From contig JAUVHR010000002.1 of NCBI GenBank assembly GCA_030593165.1, forward strand, positions 1-43,134: DNA of 43,134 nt. The letters run 5' to 3'. Source of the stretch: Candidatus Thorarchaeota archaeon. Lineage in GTDB: Archaea > Asgardarchaeota > Thorarchaeia > Thorarchaeales > Thorarchaeaceae. Shown here piece by piece: positions 35,669 to 43,134 of the stretch. The notes beneath the pieces were generated by a model, which did not search any database, was not told the DNA's origin, and was given only the letters and a program-made list of their open reading frames with translations. Position numbers and translations under genes: made by a program. The stretch's first letter is position 1. Each line of letters starts with the position of its first letter.

Positions 35669-37294
35669 CTATGAGTTTGTTTTTATCTTCTCTACGTCGT
35701 AGAAGAACCTCATGTCTGGAGCACCCGTTTTTAGGTTCAGTAGGGTGACCATACCGGGGGTTGGGTCAATACCTTGTTTACGCATGAATTCAGTCTGGCC
35801 TTGAAAAGTGCCCGAGTTGATTATCTGAACGCCTCGGTAGTTGTCGATGGCATAATGATGTGAATGGCCAAAGTGAACTACATCAGGTGGAGTGTCGATA
35901 ACCATCCAGTCCCGGCTAAGGGGCGCCAGCTCAGTTTTCCCCCCATACAGAGGAACGAGATGTCTCTTTCTAAGAAGTGCTTTCATGGGGGTTGCTGGAT
36001 CTGTGTAGGAAGCGCCTGGGATATTCGTGACAAGGTCATCAAGACTGTCACCGTGATTCATGAGAATACCAACGCCCTCCACTTTAATGTAGCATGGGTC
36101 CCCTAGCATGAGTACACGGTCACCAAGAGCGTACATTGACGGAGCGAATTCCTCAGGAATGGGAGGTTTTGGTAGTGCCTGTCTGACTGCATCGTGGTTT
36201 CCCGGGATGCAGATTATCTTGATGTTCTGCGGAAGACGGCGGAGTTTCTTTGCAAGATGTGCATATTGGTCATATATGCTGGTAATGGCAAGATTCTCAT
36301 GTTGGGTAGGATACACCCCAACACCGTCAACTAAATCGCCTGCTATGAAGAGATAGCGGAGATTCTCTACTATCTGTTTGTCAGACTCGGTACAGTCTAC
36401 GCCTCGCGCCCAATTGATGAATCTATCAAACTCGTCGTCCAAGAACTCCAGACTTCCACAATGAAGATCCGAGATGAATGCTGCATAGACATCTCGTTTG
36501 GCCCTTCCGACATCTCTAGCTGTAGGAATCTCCGGGTAGATTATATCATCCGCAATCATTCGATGGTCTTGGTCAAGACGACCTGATACACATACAATCT
36601 CATCTAGAAGAAGAGCATTTCCCTTTTCCACAAGCTGTTGACCTTTCACTCCATGACGCCCAGTCGGTATAACACAGATGATTGATGTTGTGTCATCCTC
36701 AATCTCTATGATGATGTTTTTTGACCGAGAAATACTCTTGTTCTTGATTATGCCTATAACTTTCAGATTCGGTGAACGTCGAGTGCGACCACCCTCACGC
36801 GAGATGAGTTTCTCCCTTCTGGCAGTTCTTGCCTGTTGCTTGGCGACTTCAAGTGTTAAAGCATCACGTGTATCAATTCGCTTCATGTAGATTCTCTTGA
36901 TTCTCAGAAACCTGTCAGTGAACAGAGCTAGAAAATCGTCTACAGTGCCAGCAGACGCAACCTCGATTTTGTCGGGATTCTTGACTATTACTATGTCATG
37001 AATGAGATTGTCTGGTTCTTCAGATGATGATGTCATCTCAGGTTCTGCAGTCTGTATTGGTTGATTTTGACTCGCACTTCCTAGTTGTGGAGGGCCCAAA
37101 TACTCAGACTGAAGAGGACGGTTCTCTAGAACAGATTCAATGTATTCCCGAGACACAACAGATGGGCGGCTCGAGGGATATGTCTGTTCCATCAGAGTGT
37201 CTACAGCTTCGCTAGGCGAATCGAGAGCCATTATGTAGTCCAAGGCATCAGGAGCGATTTGTATTCCCATTTTGATAAATCGCTTCAACACCAT
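35669..37294 (-). CDS. dp1: DNA polymerase D (PolD) small subunit DP1
   Basis: Calcineurin-like phosphoesterase motifs 'FIAGDLVDG', 'IPGNHD', 'NHGD' and 'FGHSHH'. The N-terminus 'MVLKRFIKMGIQIAPDALDYI' is typical of DP1. The start is ATG 37294; the longest ORF runs to 37462. Confidence 0.85.
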   Translation of the reverse strand: MVLKRFIKMGIQIAPDALDYIMALDSPSEAVDTLMEQTYPSSRPSVVSREYIESVLENRPLQSEYLGPPQLGSASQNQPIQTAEPEMTSSSEEPDNLIHDIVIVKNPDKIEVASAGTVDDFLALFTDRFLRIKRIYMKRIDTRDALTLEVAKQQARTARREKLISREGGRTRRSPNLKVIGIIKNKSISRSKNIIIEIEDDTTSIICVIPTGRHGVKGQQLVEKGNALLLDEIVCVSGRLDQDHRMIADDIIYPEIPTARDVGRAKRDVYAAFISDLHCGSLEFLDDEFDRFINWARGVDCTESDKQIVENLRYLFIAGDLVDGVGVYPTQHENLAITSIYDQYAHLAKKLRRLPQNIKIICIPGNHDAVRQALPKPPIPEEFAPSMYALGDRVLMLGDPCYIKVEGVGILMNHGDSLDDLVTNIPGASYTDPATPMKALLRKRHLVPLYGGKTELAPLSRDWMVIDTPPDVVHFGHSHHYAIDNYRGVQIINSGTFQGQTEFMRKQGIDPTPGMVTLLNLKTGAPDMRFFYDVEKIKTNS

Positions 37295-37482
37295 TCGACG
37301 AGCTGTAGAGGTCACGGAAACATCAATAGAAGTGAACGAAGATTCGGTTTTTAATATCTGCCATGTTGGCGCCAGAGTGGTATACGGATGAATGGGGGAG
37401 TCCATCAACTGGCTGTGCGATAAGAGTAAAAGGTCAATATGACAGGTATGATTTGGCGCCATACAAACAGGTGGAACAGATC

Positions 37483-38457
37483 ATGGCCTACACTAGAAGA
37501 CTCCAACAGACCAAGGATGGTAGCTCCTTTCTGATAACACTGCCTAAGGATTGGGTGACAAGACAGGGTCTAGGTAAGGGAAAAAGTGTGGATGTTACGG
37601 AACGCGAAGATGGTTGTTTAATCATTTATCCACGACTATTGGAAGGCGGAGAGAGAAAGAGTACCGACATTCATATTGAAGATAATCTCCGGTGGGCAAT
37701 CACAAGTAAGTACCTACTAGGTTTCGATGAGATTCGCATCTTTGGTGATCATCCAATCACAAATAGCCAACGGAATGAAATCAAGCAAATCATCAAACGT
37801 TTTGTGGCCTTGGAGGTGACAGATGAGGAGGAGGACTTCTTGGTGCTCCAGTGTCTTGTCGATCCCTCAACTCTTCCCGTAAGTAAAGCTATGAGAAGAA
37901 TGAATCTGATTACATCACGAATGCTAAGAGATGCGACTGTAGCTTACTTCACAGGGAATAGGGAAACAGCGGAGGAAATCATTGCTAGGGATGATGAAGT
38001 TGACAGGCTCTTCTTTCTAATAGTACGTGAGTTGAGGTGTGCAATTCAATATCCAGGAATGTCGGAGAAGATGGGGATTACCCCTGTTGAGGCGCTAGAC
38101 TTCCGGCTGGCTGCACAGTACATAGAAAGAATTGCTGATTTGGCAGTAGATATAGCTGCAAGAACTGGCACTATTCTTGACAAGAAGCTCGTGAAAAGAA
38201 TGGAGCCGATTATCACAAAAGTGAAGGAAATGCTTGAAACATCCGTCAGAAATCTCCTTGTGGGGTTTGATTCGGAGAAGGTTGCATCAGTCATAAGAGC
38301 AGAAAAAGAGTTGATAGAAGAAACTTCTACATTACGACAACAAATCATAGCTGGGACTATGAATGACCCTCAGACACATGTCTATGTTGTCGATATTCTG
38401 CTCAGAATTGGCGAGGCCGCAAAAGATATTGTTGATTTGGGACTTCCAAAAGAATAG
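37483..38457 (+). CDS. AbrB/SpoVT-PhoU fusion regulator (phosphate uptake regulator-like)
   Basis: An N-terminal swapped-hairpin motif ('SFLITLPKDWVTRQGLGKGKSVDV') is followed by PhoU-like helical repeats. The start is taken at ATG 37483. Confidence 0.7.
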   Translation: MAYTRRLQQTKDGSSFLITLPKDWVTRQGLGKGKSVDVTEREDGCLIIYPRLLEGGERKSTDIHIEDNLRWAITSKYLLGFDEIRIFGDHPITNSQRNEIKQIIKRFVALEVTDEEEDFLVLQCLVDPSTLPVSKAMRRMNLITSRMLRDATVAYFTGNRETAEEIIARDDEVDRLFFLIVRELRCAIQYPGMSEKMGITPVEALDFRLAAQYIERIADLAVDIAARTGTILDKKLVKRMEPIITKVKEMLETSVRNLLVGFDSEKVASVIRAEKELIEETSTLRQQIIAGTMNDPQTHVYVVDILLRIGEAAKDIVDLGLPKE

Positions 38458-38469
38458 GAGGGGCACTAC

Positions 38470-39852
38470 TTGTCCGAGAAACTCTTTGGAACCAGTGGAA
38501 TCAGGGGGGATATCATAGAGAAAGTGAATGTCGATTTAGCACTTGGATTAGGACGTGCACTGGGGACTTATTTGAATGGCGAAAGTTGCGTTGGCGTTGG
38601 TACAGATGCGAGAACATCCGATGTCATGCTCCGTGATGCGTTTGTCGCAGGTGTAGTATCCACAGGAGCAAATCTGGTTGATTTGGGTCGTGCTCCGATG
38701 CCTGCTGTTGGTGCTCATAGTGCAATGCGGGATATTACAGTTTCAGTAGTAATCACTGCCAGTCATAATCCACCGAAAGATAATGGATTCAAATTCTTTA
38801 GAGAAGGTCGTGAGTTCATTCGGTCCGAGGAGAAAGCTATCGAGGATTGCGTCTTTGACCGACAGTTCCTCGTTGCTGATTGGGTACGAATTGGAAAAGT
38901 ATCAAAGTGGGACATCAGAACAGTGTATCTAGAAAGAGTAAAACAGTTTGTCCTCAGTAGAGGAAGACGGGCTAGTGGAATGAGAGTTCTGCTGGACCTT
39001 GCCAACGGAGCAGCCACTGACTACACGCCCCATCTCCTACGTGAACTCGGATTCTCGGTGACGACAATTAATTCCCATCCAGACGGCCATTTTCCAGGAA
39101 GACCCGCAGAACCATCACCTAGAAACCTCAAAGATACAATGAAAATTGCTGCAGACTCCGACTTTGCTGTGACACTCTGTCATGATGGTGATGGTGACCG
39201 AGTTGCAGTCATTGATGAACGAGGACAATTCATTGATCAGAATAGAGTGATTGCTGTATTTGCAGGTGATGAGGTGCGAAGACGGGGCGGTGGAACTGTT
39301 GTAGTTTCAATAGACACATCAAGTGTCATAGATGAAATAGTCAAGGAGGCCGGGGGAGTGATTGTTCGTGCGCCATTGGGTTCACTCCAAGAACTTCTCG
39401 CATCCGACAATGAAGATATAATATTCGCCTCAGAACCTTGGAAACCCATTTTTACTGATCTTGGGGGGTGGATGGATGGGATTGTTGGTGCTGTTCGATT
39501 CGCACAGCTGGTTGAAGAGCAGGGGAATGGAAGTTGTATGAAGTTGATGGATTCGATTCCAGAATATCCAATGCTGCGTGACTTCATTCCCTGTCCGGAC
39601 CCTCTGAAACAGTGTTTCATTACATCAATCAAGGACCAGCTTGTTTCACAAATCACTGGGATTGAGCGGGTTCTTGACAGTGATGGGGTACGAGTGGAAC
39701 GTAAAGATGGGTCATATGTTCTGGTGCGAGTTTCAGGCACTGAACCAAAAGCAAGAGTGTACATCGGTGCAAGAACTCAGGAAACGGTGGATAAACTCGA
39801 GTCAATTGCAAAAGAAACTATGAAACAGACTCTAGAGCAATGCCAGAAATAG
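38470..39852 (+). CDS. glmM: Phosphoglucosamine mutase / phosphomannomutase family enzyme
   Basis: TTG start, 'LFGTSGIRG'. The phosphoserine loop 'TASHNPPKDNGFK' and the metal loop 'CHDGDGDR' are both present. Confidence 0.85.
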   Translation: MSEKLFGTSGIRGDIIEKVNVDLALGLGRALGTYLNGESCVGVGTDARTSDVMLRDAFVAGVVSTGANLVDLGRAPMPAVGAHSAMRDITVSVVITASHNPPKDNGFKFFREGREFIRSEEKAIEDCVFDRQFLVADWVRIGKVSKWDIRTVYLERVKQFVLSRGRRASGMRVLLDLANGAATDYTPHLLRELGFSVTTINSHPDGHFPGRPAEPSPRNLKDTMKIAADSDFAVTLCHDGDGDRVAVIDERGQFIDQNRVIAVFAGDEVRRRGGGTVVVSIDTSSVIDEIVKEAGGVIVRAPLGSLQELLASDNEDIIFASEPWKPIFTDLGGWMDGIVGAVRFAQLVEEQGNGSCMKLMDSIPEYPMLRDFIPCPDPLKQCFITSIKDQLVSQITGIERVLDSDGVRVERKDGSYVLVRVSGTEPKARVYIGARTQETVDKLESIAKETMKQTLEQCQK

Positions 39853-39919
39853 TGCACATTACGGTTTATTTCATGATAACTGCGGCATTCTAGGCTACAG
39901 TCATGTGATAAACGAGAAA

Positions 39920-40023
39920 TGGCGCCGGGGATGAGACTTGAACTCATGCGCCAACAAAGGGCAGCGGTTCTCTCGATTGAGAAGGTTTCGAGACCGCCTC
40001 CATAGCCACTAGGAGACCCCGGC
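39920..40023 (-). tRNA. tRNA-Ser(CGA) with a ~17-nt canonical (37/38) intron and encoded CCA
   Basis: Folded by hand. Acceptor GCCGGGG/CCCCGGC. Anticodon stem GCGGT/ACCGC with loop CU-CGA-A. The intron (ACCTTCTCAATCGAGAG) pairs TCTCGA with TCGAGA. Long variable arm (TGCCCTTTGTTGGCGC). T arm ATGAG-TTCAAGT-CTCAT. Discriminator G plus CCA. Confidence 0.8.
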
Positions 40024-40054
40024 ATTTGGTAGATGCTCTTTGTTTTGTGATATA

Positions 40055-41128
40055 ATGTTAGTGATAACCCGTTTTTTACATATTGAGAGTGAACCACAAC
40101 TGCAAAAAACTTCTGTGTTCCCAATCCTTGAGTCAATTGTCGCAAACATCGAAGACTCAGCTACAAGTACACATAGTTTGCTGTTGAAATGTTTAGAGGT
40201 AGCCGAGCTTCTTGATGTATCTTCAAGTGAAAAGAGTTGGATAACTCAAGAATTGACCGGATATGAACATCAAAGTGAAACATCGAAAATGGAACTCCCC
40301 TCTTTCAAACAAGCCCCTCATTATAGATGGTTGGAATTGTCTGGAAGGTATGACATCATTCAACCCTCGAAGACATTCAATACTGTCGGACAGTTTGCTG
40401 TATGCTTTCCATGTGACTATCTAGAAAATGCAACTTCAAGCATCAGCCTCAAAACAACCCTTGTTATAAAGCCTGAAAATATTTGGGAAAAACTGACCAG
40501 GGGTACTATAGTTGCTACGGCACAAGCAGAATTACCCGTCAGTAGGATTAAGCCAATAGTCCAATCCATTCGGGGTTTTGTTTACAAATTCGCAGTTACT
40601 AATCTGATTTCACTTCAGTTTAGTAAATCTGTGTCTGGAATTATTGACAACACAAGAAACCTTGTTGCTAGTAGGTTAAGATTCGTCTCCGAATCTCTTC
40701 TGAGATTCATAAATGAAACACTGGATTCGCATAAGAGGACCACAGAAGGTCTGCATTGGAGAGTAGCTCTAGAGAACATCAGAACAATTCTGCGTAGGTT
40801 CACTGGTTTGATATTAAAAGATGCAATGTTGATTGATACTAGACCGAAAGAAGGAGAAACGAGTAAGAAGGTCGAGCTAATAATCAAATGGTGTATGAAT
40901 CAATTGAAAGGGGGAAGTAGGACGGAATTGGATTCGTTGAAGAAAGAGAGCATACTTCTACTGGATTTGATTAACAAACCAATCCATGGTGAAATTGATG
41001 AAGTGAGTAAGAATGAAGTGGAGAGAATCTTACTTAGATCGCTCATATGGATGGCAGGTATAATAGATATTCTAGACCAATCAGGGTATACTTGGGTTCC
41101 AGAAGAGATTTCTTCTGGTTCTGAGTGA
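40055..41128 (+). CDS. AbiTii-like (abortive-infection N-terminal domain) protein
   Basis: The N-terminus 'LLLKCLEVAELLDVSSSEKSWITQELTGYE...LPSFKQAPHYRW' matches my recollection of the AbiTii signature (..A..L......W...EL.GY). The rest was not recognised. The start is taken at ATG 40055. Confidence 0.5.
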   Translation: MLVITRFLHIESEPQLQKTSVFPILESIVANIEDSATSTHSLLLKCLEVAELLDVSSSEKSWITQELTGYEHQSETSKMELPSFKQAPHYRWLELSGRYDIIQPSKTFNTVGQFAVCFPCDYLENATSSISLKTTLVIKPENIWEKLTRGTIVATAQAELPVSRIKPIVQSIRGFVYKFAVTNLISLQFSKSVSGIIDNTRNLVASRLRFVSESLLRFINETLDSHKRTTEGLHWRVALENIRTILRRFTGLILKDAMLIDTRPKEGETSKKVELIIKWCMNQLKGGSRTELDSLKKESILLLDLINKPIHGEIDEVSKNEVERILLRSLIWMAGIIDILDQSGYTWVPEEISSGSE

Positions 41129-41199
41129 ATCATTGTTTCAGATTATAGGCGCTAAGTTGAGGGCCTAGTTTCGTAGGAGTTCGCGAGCCTTTGAGAAAT

Positions 41200-41892
41200 T
41201 CATTCTTTCTTGAATGGTAGGATGTCAACAAATCCTCCCAGTATTCTGTTTTCGATTGATATCAAGAAGACTTTTGGTATAGTGTGTGCTGCAATATGAA
41301 AAGCATACATATGTTCTCGCGGTGACAAGTCCGTCACTTTCTTTGCTTCAGTCCACATTTCTTCTACTATTAGTTTTAGTTTCTCGCCATCAGTCGAGTT
41401 CTTTATCCTCCAATAGAAATCAAATCCAATCTTAGAGCCCTCTAGAGCAGCTTTAAGCAATCTCTCTGGTGAAAATTCTTCCGACTGATACTTTGGATGT
41501 TTAAGGGCTCTCCAATAATGACGAATACTGACATGAGGAGGAGAATTACTTTCTATTCCATCACCTTCAAAATCAATTGGTAAATCGAAAATTCGAGATA
41601 TCCTATTGGTAAACTCGATTATCACAGAGGGAAGCTGACTTTTCTCAGATTCTGAAAGTTCAATCTCACTAGTAGAATTATCTTCTTGAATTCCCAAAAT
41701 GTTCAAACAGACATAGAGATTACAATCAATAAGGGTGACTGTTTCACTTTCCAAGTGTACTGTGCCTCCATAAGTCGAGATTACATCTGAGATCAGATTT
41801 TGTTCTTTCCACTCGTCCAACTTCTTCATGTAAGACTGCTGGATTGAAGACAGACTATCAAATGAATCAATAATTCTTAGCCATACCCACAT
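41200..41892 (-). CDS. Hypothetical protein (230 aa), orphan
   Basis: A long ORF in AT-rich DNA. No motif was recognised. Confidence 0.5.
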   Translation of the reverse strand: MWVWLRIIDSFDSLSSIQQSYMKKLDEWKEQNLISDVISTYGGTVHLESETVTLIDCNLYVCLNILGIQEDNSTSEIELSESEKSQLPSVIIEFTNRISRIFDLPIDFEGDGIESNSPPHVSIRHYWRALKHPKYQSEEFSPERLLKAALEGSKIGFDFYWRIKNSTDGEKLKLIVEEMWTEAKKVTDLSPREHMYAFHIAAHTIPKVFLISIENRILGGFVDILPFKKE

Positions 41893-41963
41893 TAAAGAAA
41901 ACCAAATTTATCCAGTAATCTAATCTTATTAAGAAATCTACTCGTTTGATGATTTCCGCATAT

Positions 41964-42023
41964 GTGGAGGTTGCGTAGCCAAGTTAAAGGCGCTAGGTTG
42001 AGAGTCTAATCCCACAGGAGTTC
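41964..42023 (+). pseudogene. tRNA-Leu(GAG)-like 5' fragment (acceptor 5' strand, D arm, anticodon arm, variable arm); no T arm or 3' acceptor found
   Basis: GTGGAGG-TT-GCGTAGCCAAGTTAAAGGCGC-TAGG-TTGAGAG-TCTA-A-TCCCACAGGAGTTC aligns position by position with class II tRNA-Leu. The downstream sequence has no GTTCRAATC-type loop and no CCTCCAC acceptor complement. Confidence 0.4.
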
Positions 42024-42120
42024 CTTGAGCCATGGAGTTGTACTGACAGATCTTGACGAGGTTGCGAGTCTGCATCATGCGATTTCAGTTCTACAAAAAC
42101 ACACAGTGGGAAGAAATTAA

Positions 42121-43134
42121 GTGAAGAAATTGAGTTCCTATGCTTGTAGAAATTCCAAATGTGGCGATTATTACTTGAACTCCTACATGAATTATCCAAT
42201 TGATTGGGAACGGTCACCATATTACAGGACGCGGAATATTCCTGTTTTAAACTGGGAAAGAATCTCAGTTGGAAACAAATGTCCCGCTTCCATTTTCTCT
42301 GGAAGGAACAAATATGGTACACGAAAGGATATCGATTCGTGTGATGGATGCCCTGTTCGAAACTGGCCTGATGGACATATGAGATATACCAAATGGTTTG
42401 CAGATAGGTGGCATCCTCTTAAGGAATTCAAACGAGTAATTGGGGATCCTACATATTCTCCAAGGTATTATTCTGAGAGTGAAAAGAGAAGAGAAGTCGA
42501 CGTTAAATTTGAAGACTTCTCAAAATCCTTTTGGGAAAATTGGAGATCAAAACAGAAATCATATAGTCTAGAAAAATTCATGGATGATTTGAAAATCCCT
42601 GATCATATACGTACTAACTTCATTTCAGAAGAATCATTCTTTGAATGGAGTGGGTCTGCAATTCAAATAGGGCATTTGGGAGTAGAATTGCCCGAATTTG
42701 ATATCTTTGAAAGAACAATGCGCTATCAAGATAATTTTACAATAAGATTCCCTATTAGTAACGATACAATTCCCATTCCTACATTTGTATGGATTAGAGA
42801 TGGCGATAGGGTCTACTATAATGCTGAGATTGAAATCAGAACCTATGATGAGTTAGTCGAATTCATCTCTTATCTAATCAGGGAAACCACACAATTGGGA
42901 TTTCATCCAGTATTTCCAGTTTCACAATGGGTTCAAAAAATATTCAATCACTCAATGGATTCAGATTACAATAAATGGACAAACGAAGATTGGAAATTTT
43001 GTGAATTGGGTTCAAGTGAAACTCTAAAAAAAGAGTTTGAAGAGTATATCGATGAACTCAATTCAAAGTTGCCATTACAATGGCAGTTCCATGACTTATT
43101 CCTACACTGTAAAACTCTTTATCCTGACATATTG
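42121..43134 (+). CDS. Hypothetical Cys-rich protein, 3'-partial (open to the window end); not in the supplied ORF track
   Basis: My own translation from GTG 42121 (preceded by an in-frame TAA at 42118-42120) gives 338 codons with no stop: 'VKKLSSYACRNSKCGDYYLNS...CDGCPVRNWPDGH...LHCKTLYPDIL'. It runs antisense to two short listed minus-strand ORFs. Confidence 0.55.
   Translation, partial: MKKLSSYACRNSKCGDYYLNSYMNYPIDWERSPYYRTRNIPVLNWERISVGNKCPASIFSGRNKYGTRKDIDSCDGCPVRNWPDGHMRYTKWFADRWHPLKEFKRVIGDPTYSPRYYSESEKRREVDVKFEDFSKSFWENWRSKQKSYSLEKFMDDLKIPDHIRTNFISEESFFEWSGSAIQIGHLGVELPEFDIFERTMRYQDNFTIRFPISNDTIPIPTFVWIRDGDRVYYNAEIEIRTYDELVEFISYLIRETTQLGFHPVFPVSQWVQKIFNHSMDSDYNKWTNEDWKFCELGSSETLKKEFEEYIDELNSKLPLQWQFHDLFLHCKTLYPDIL

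Noticed and set aside
41993-42431. Minus-strand ORFs 41993..42322 and 42222..42431.
   Set aside because: They overlap the tRNA-Leu-like fragment and the longer + strand ORF that is open to the window end. Their sequences are Cys/Ser/Phe-rich with no motifs.
1-43134. CRISPR arrays, rRNA genes or long tandem repeats.
   Set aside because: Reading both strands by eye, I saw no regularly spaced direct repeats of 24-40 bp and no rRNA-like sequence. Short repeats may have been missed without a repeat finder.

Overview
This is an archaeal chromosomal window. All family calls were made by eye from motifs and the ORF track; no searches were run. The housekeeping backbone has four parts. (a) 1-5103: RNase P proteins Rpp30 and Pop5, a JAMM/MPN protein, an Lrp/AsnC regulator, an HD hydrolase, an FTR1 iron permease and a stand-alone MvhD. 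(b) 18.9-27.8 kb: a cupin, an acyl-CoA dehydrogenase and a minus-strand hdrC-hdrB-hdrA-like-hdrA::mvhD operon that ends in an unusual wHTH/ferredoxin fusion. (c) 28.1-37.3 kb: an information-processing block with GINS, PriS, PCNA, a small OB-fold protein, TFS, an RNase III-like protein, Rpo11/RpoL, exosome Csl4, a METTL5-like methyltransferase, Orc1/Cdc6 preceded by three ORB-like repeats, and the PolD small subunit. (d) 37.5-40.0 kb: an AbrB-PhoU regulator, a phosphohexosamine mutase and an intron-containing tRNA-Ser(CGA). Two accessory regions interrupt this backbone. The main candidate for a novel system lies at 5.2-17.6 kb. It contains a solo TnpB-like gene that seems to lack the RuvC-II glutamate, divergent from a same-strand six-gene locus. 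That locus encodes a 1,799-aa orphan protein with a PD-(D/E)xK/QxxxY nuclease motif, three translationally coupled tandem winged-helix paralogs, a fourth copy of that module fused to an ABC/OLD-type ATPase, and a PIN nuclease coupled to the ATPase. I do not recognise this combination as any named defence system. The second accessory region (40.0-43.1 kb) looks AT-rich by eye. It starts next to tRNA-Ser and holds an AbiTii-like gene, orphan ORFs and a truncated tRNA-Leu(GAG)-like fragment. It continues past the window end in an ORF that is missing from the supplied track. No CRISPR array or rRNA was seen.
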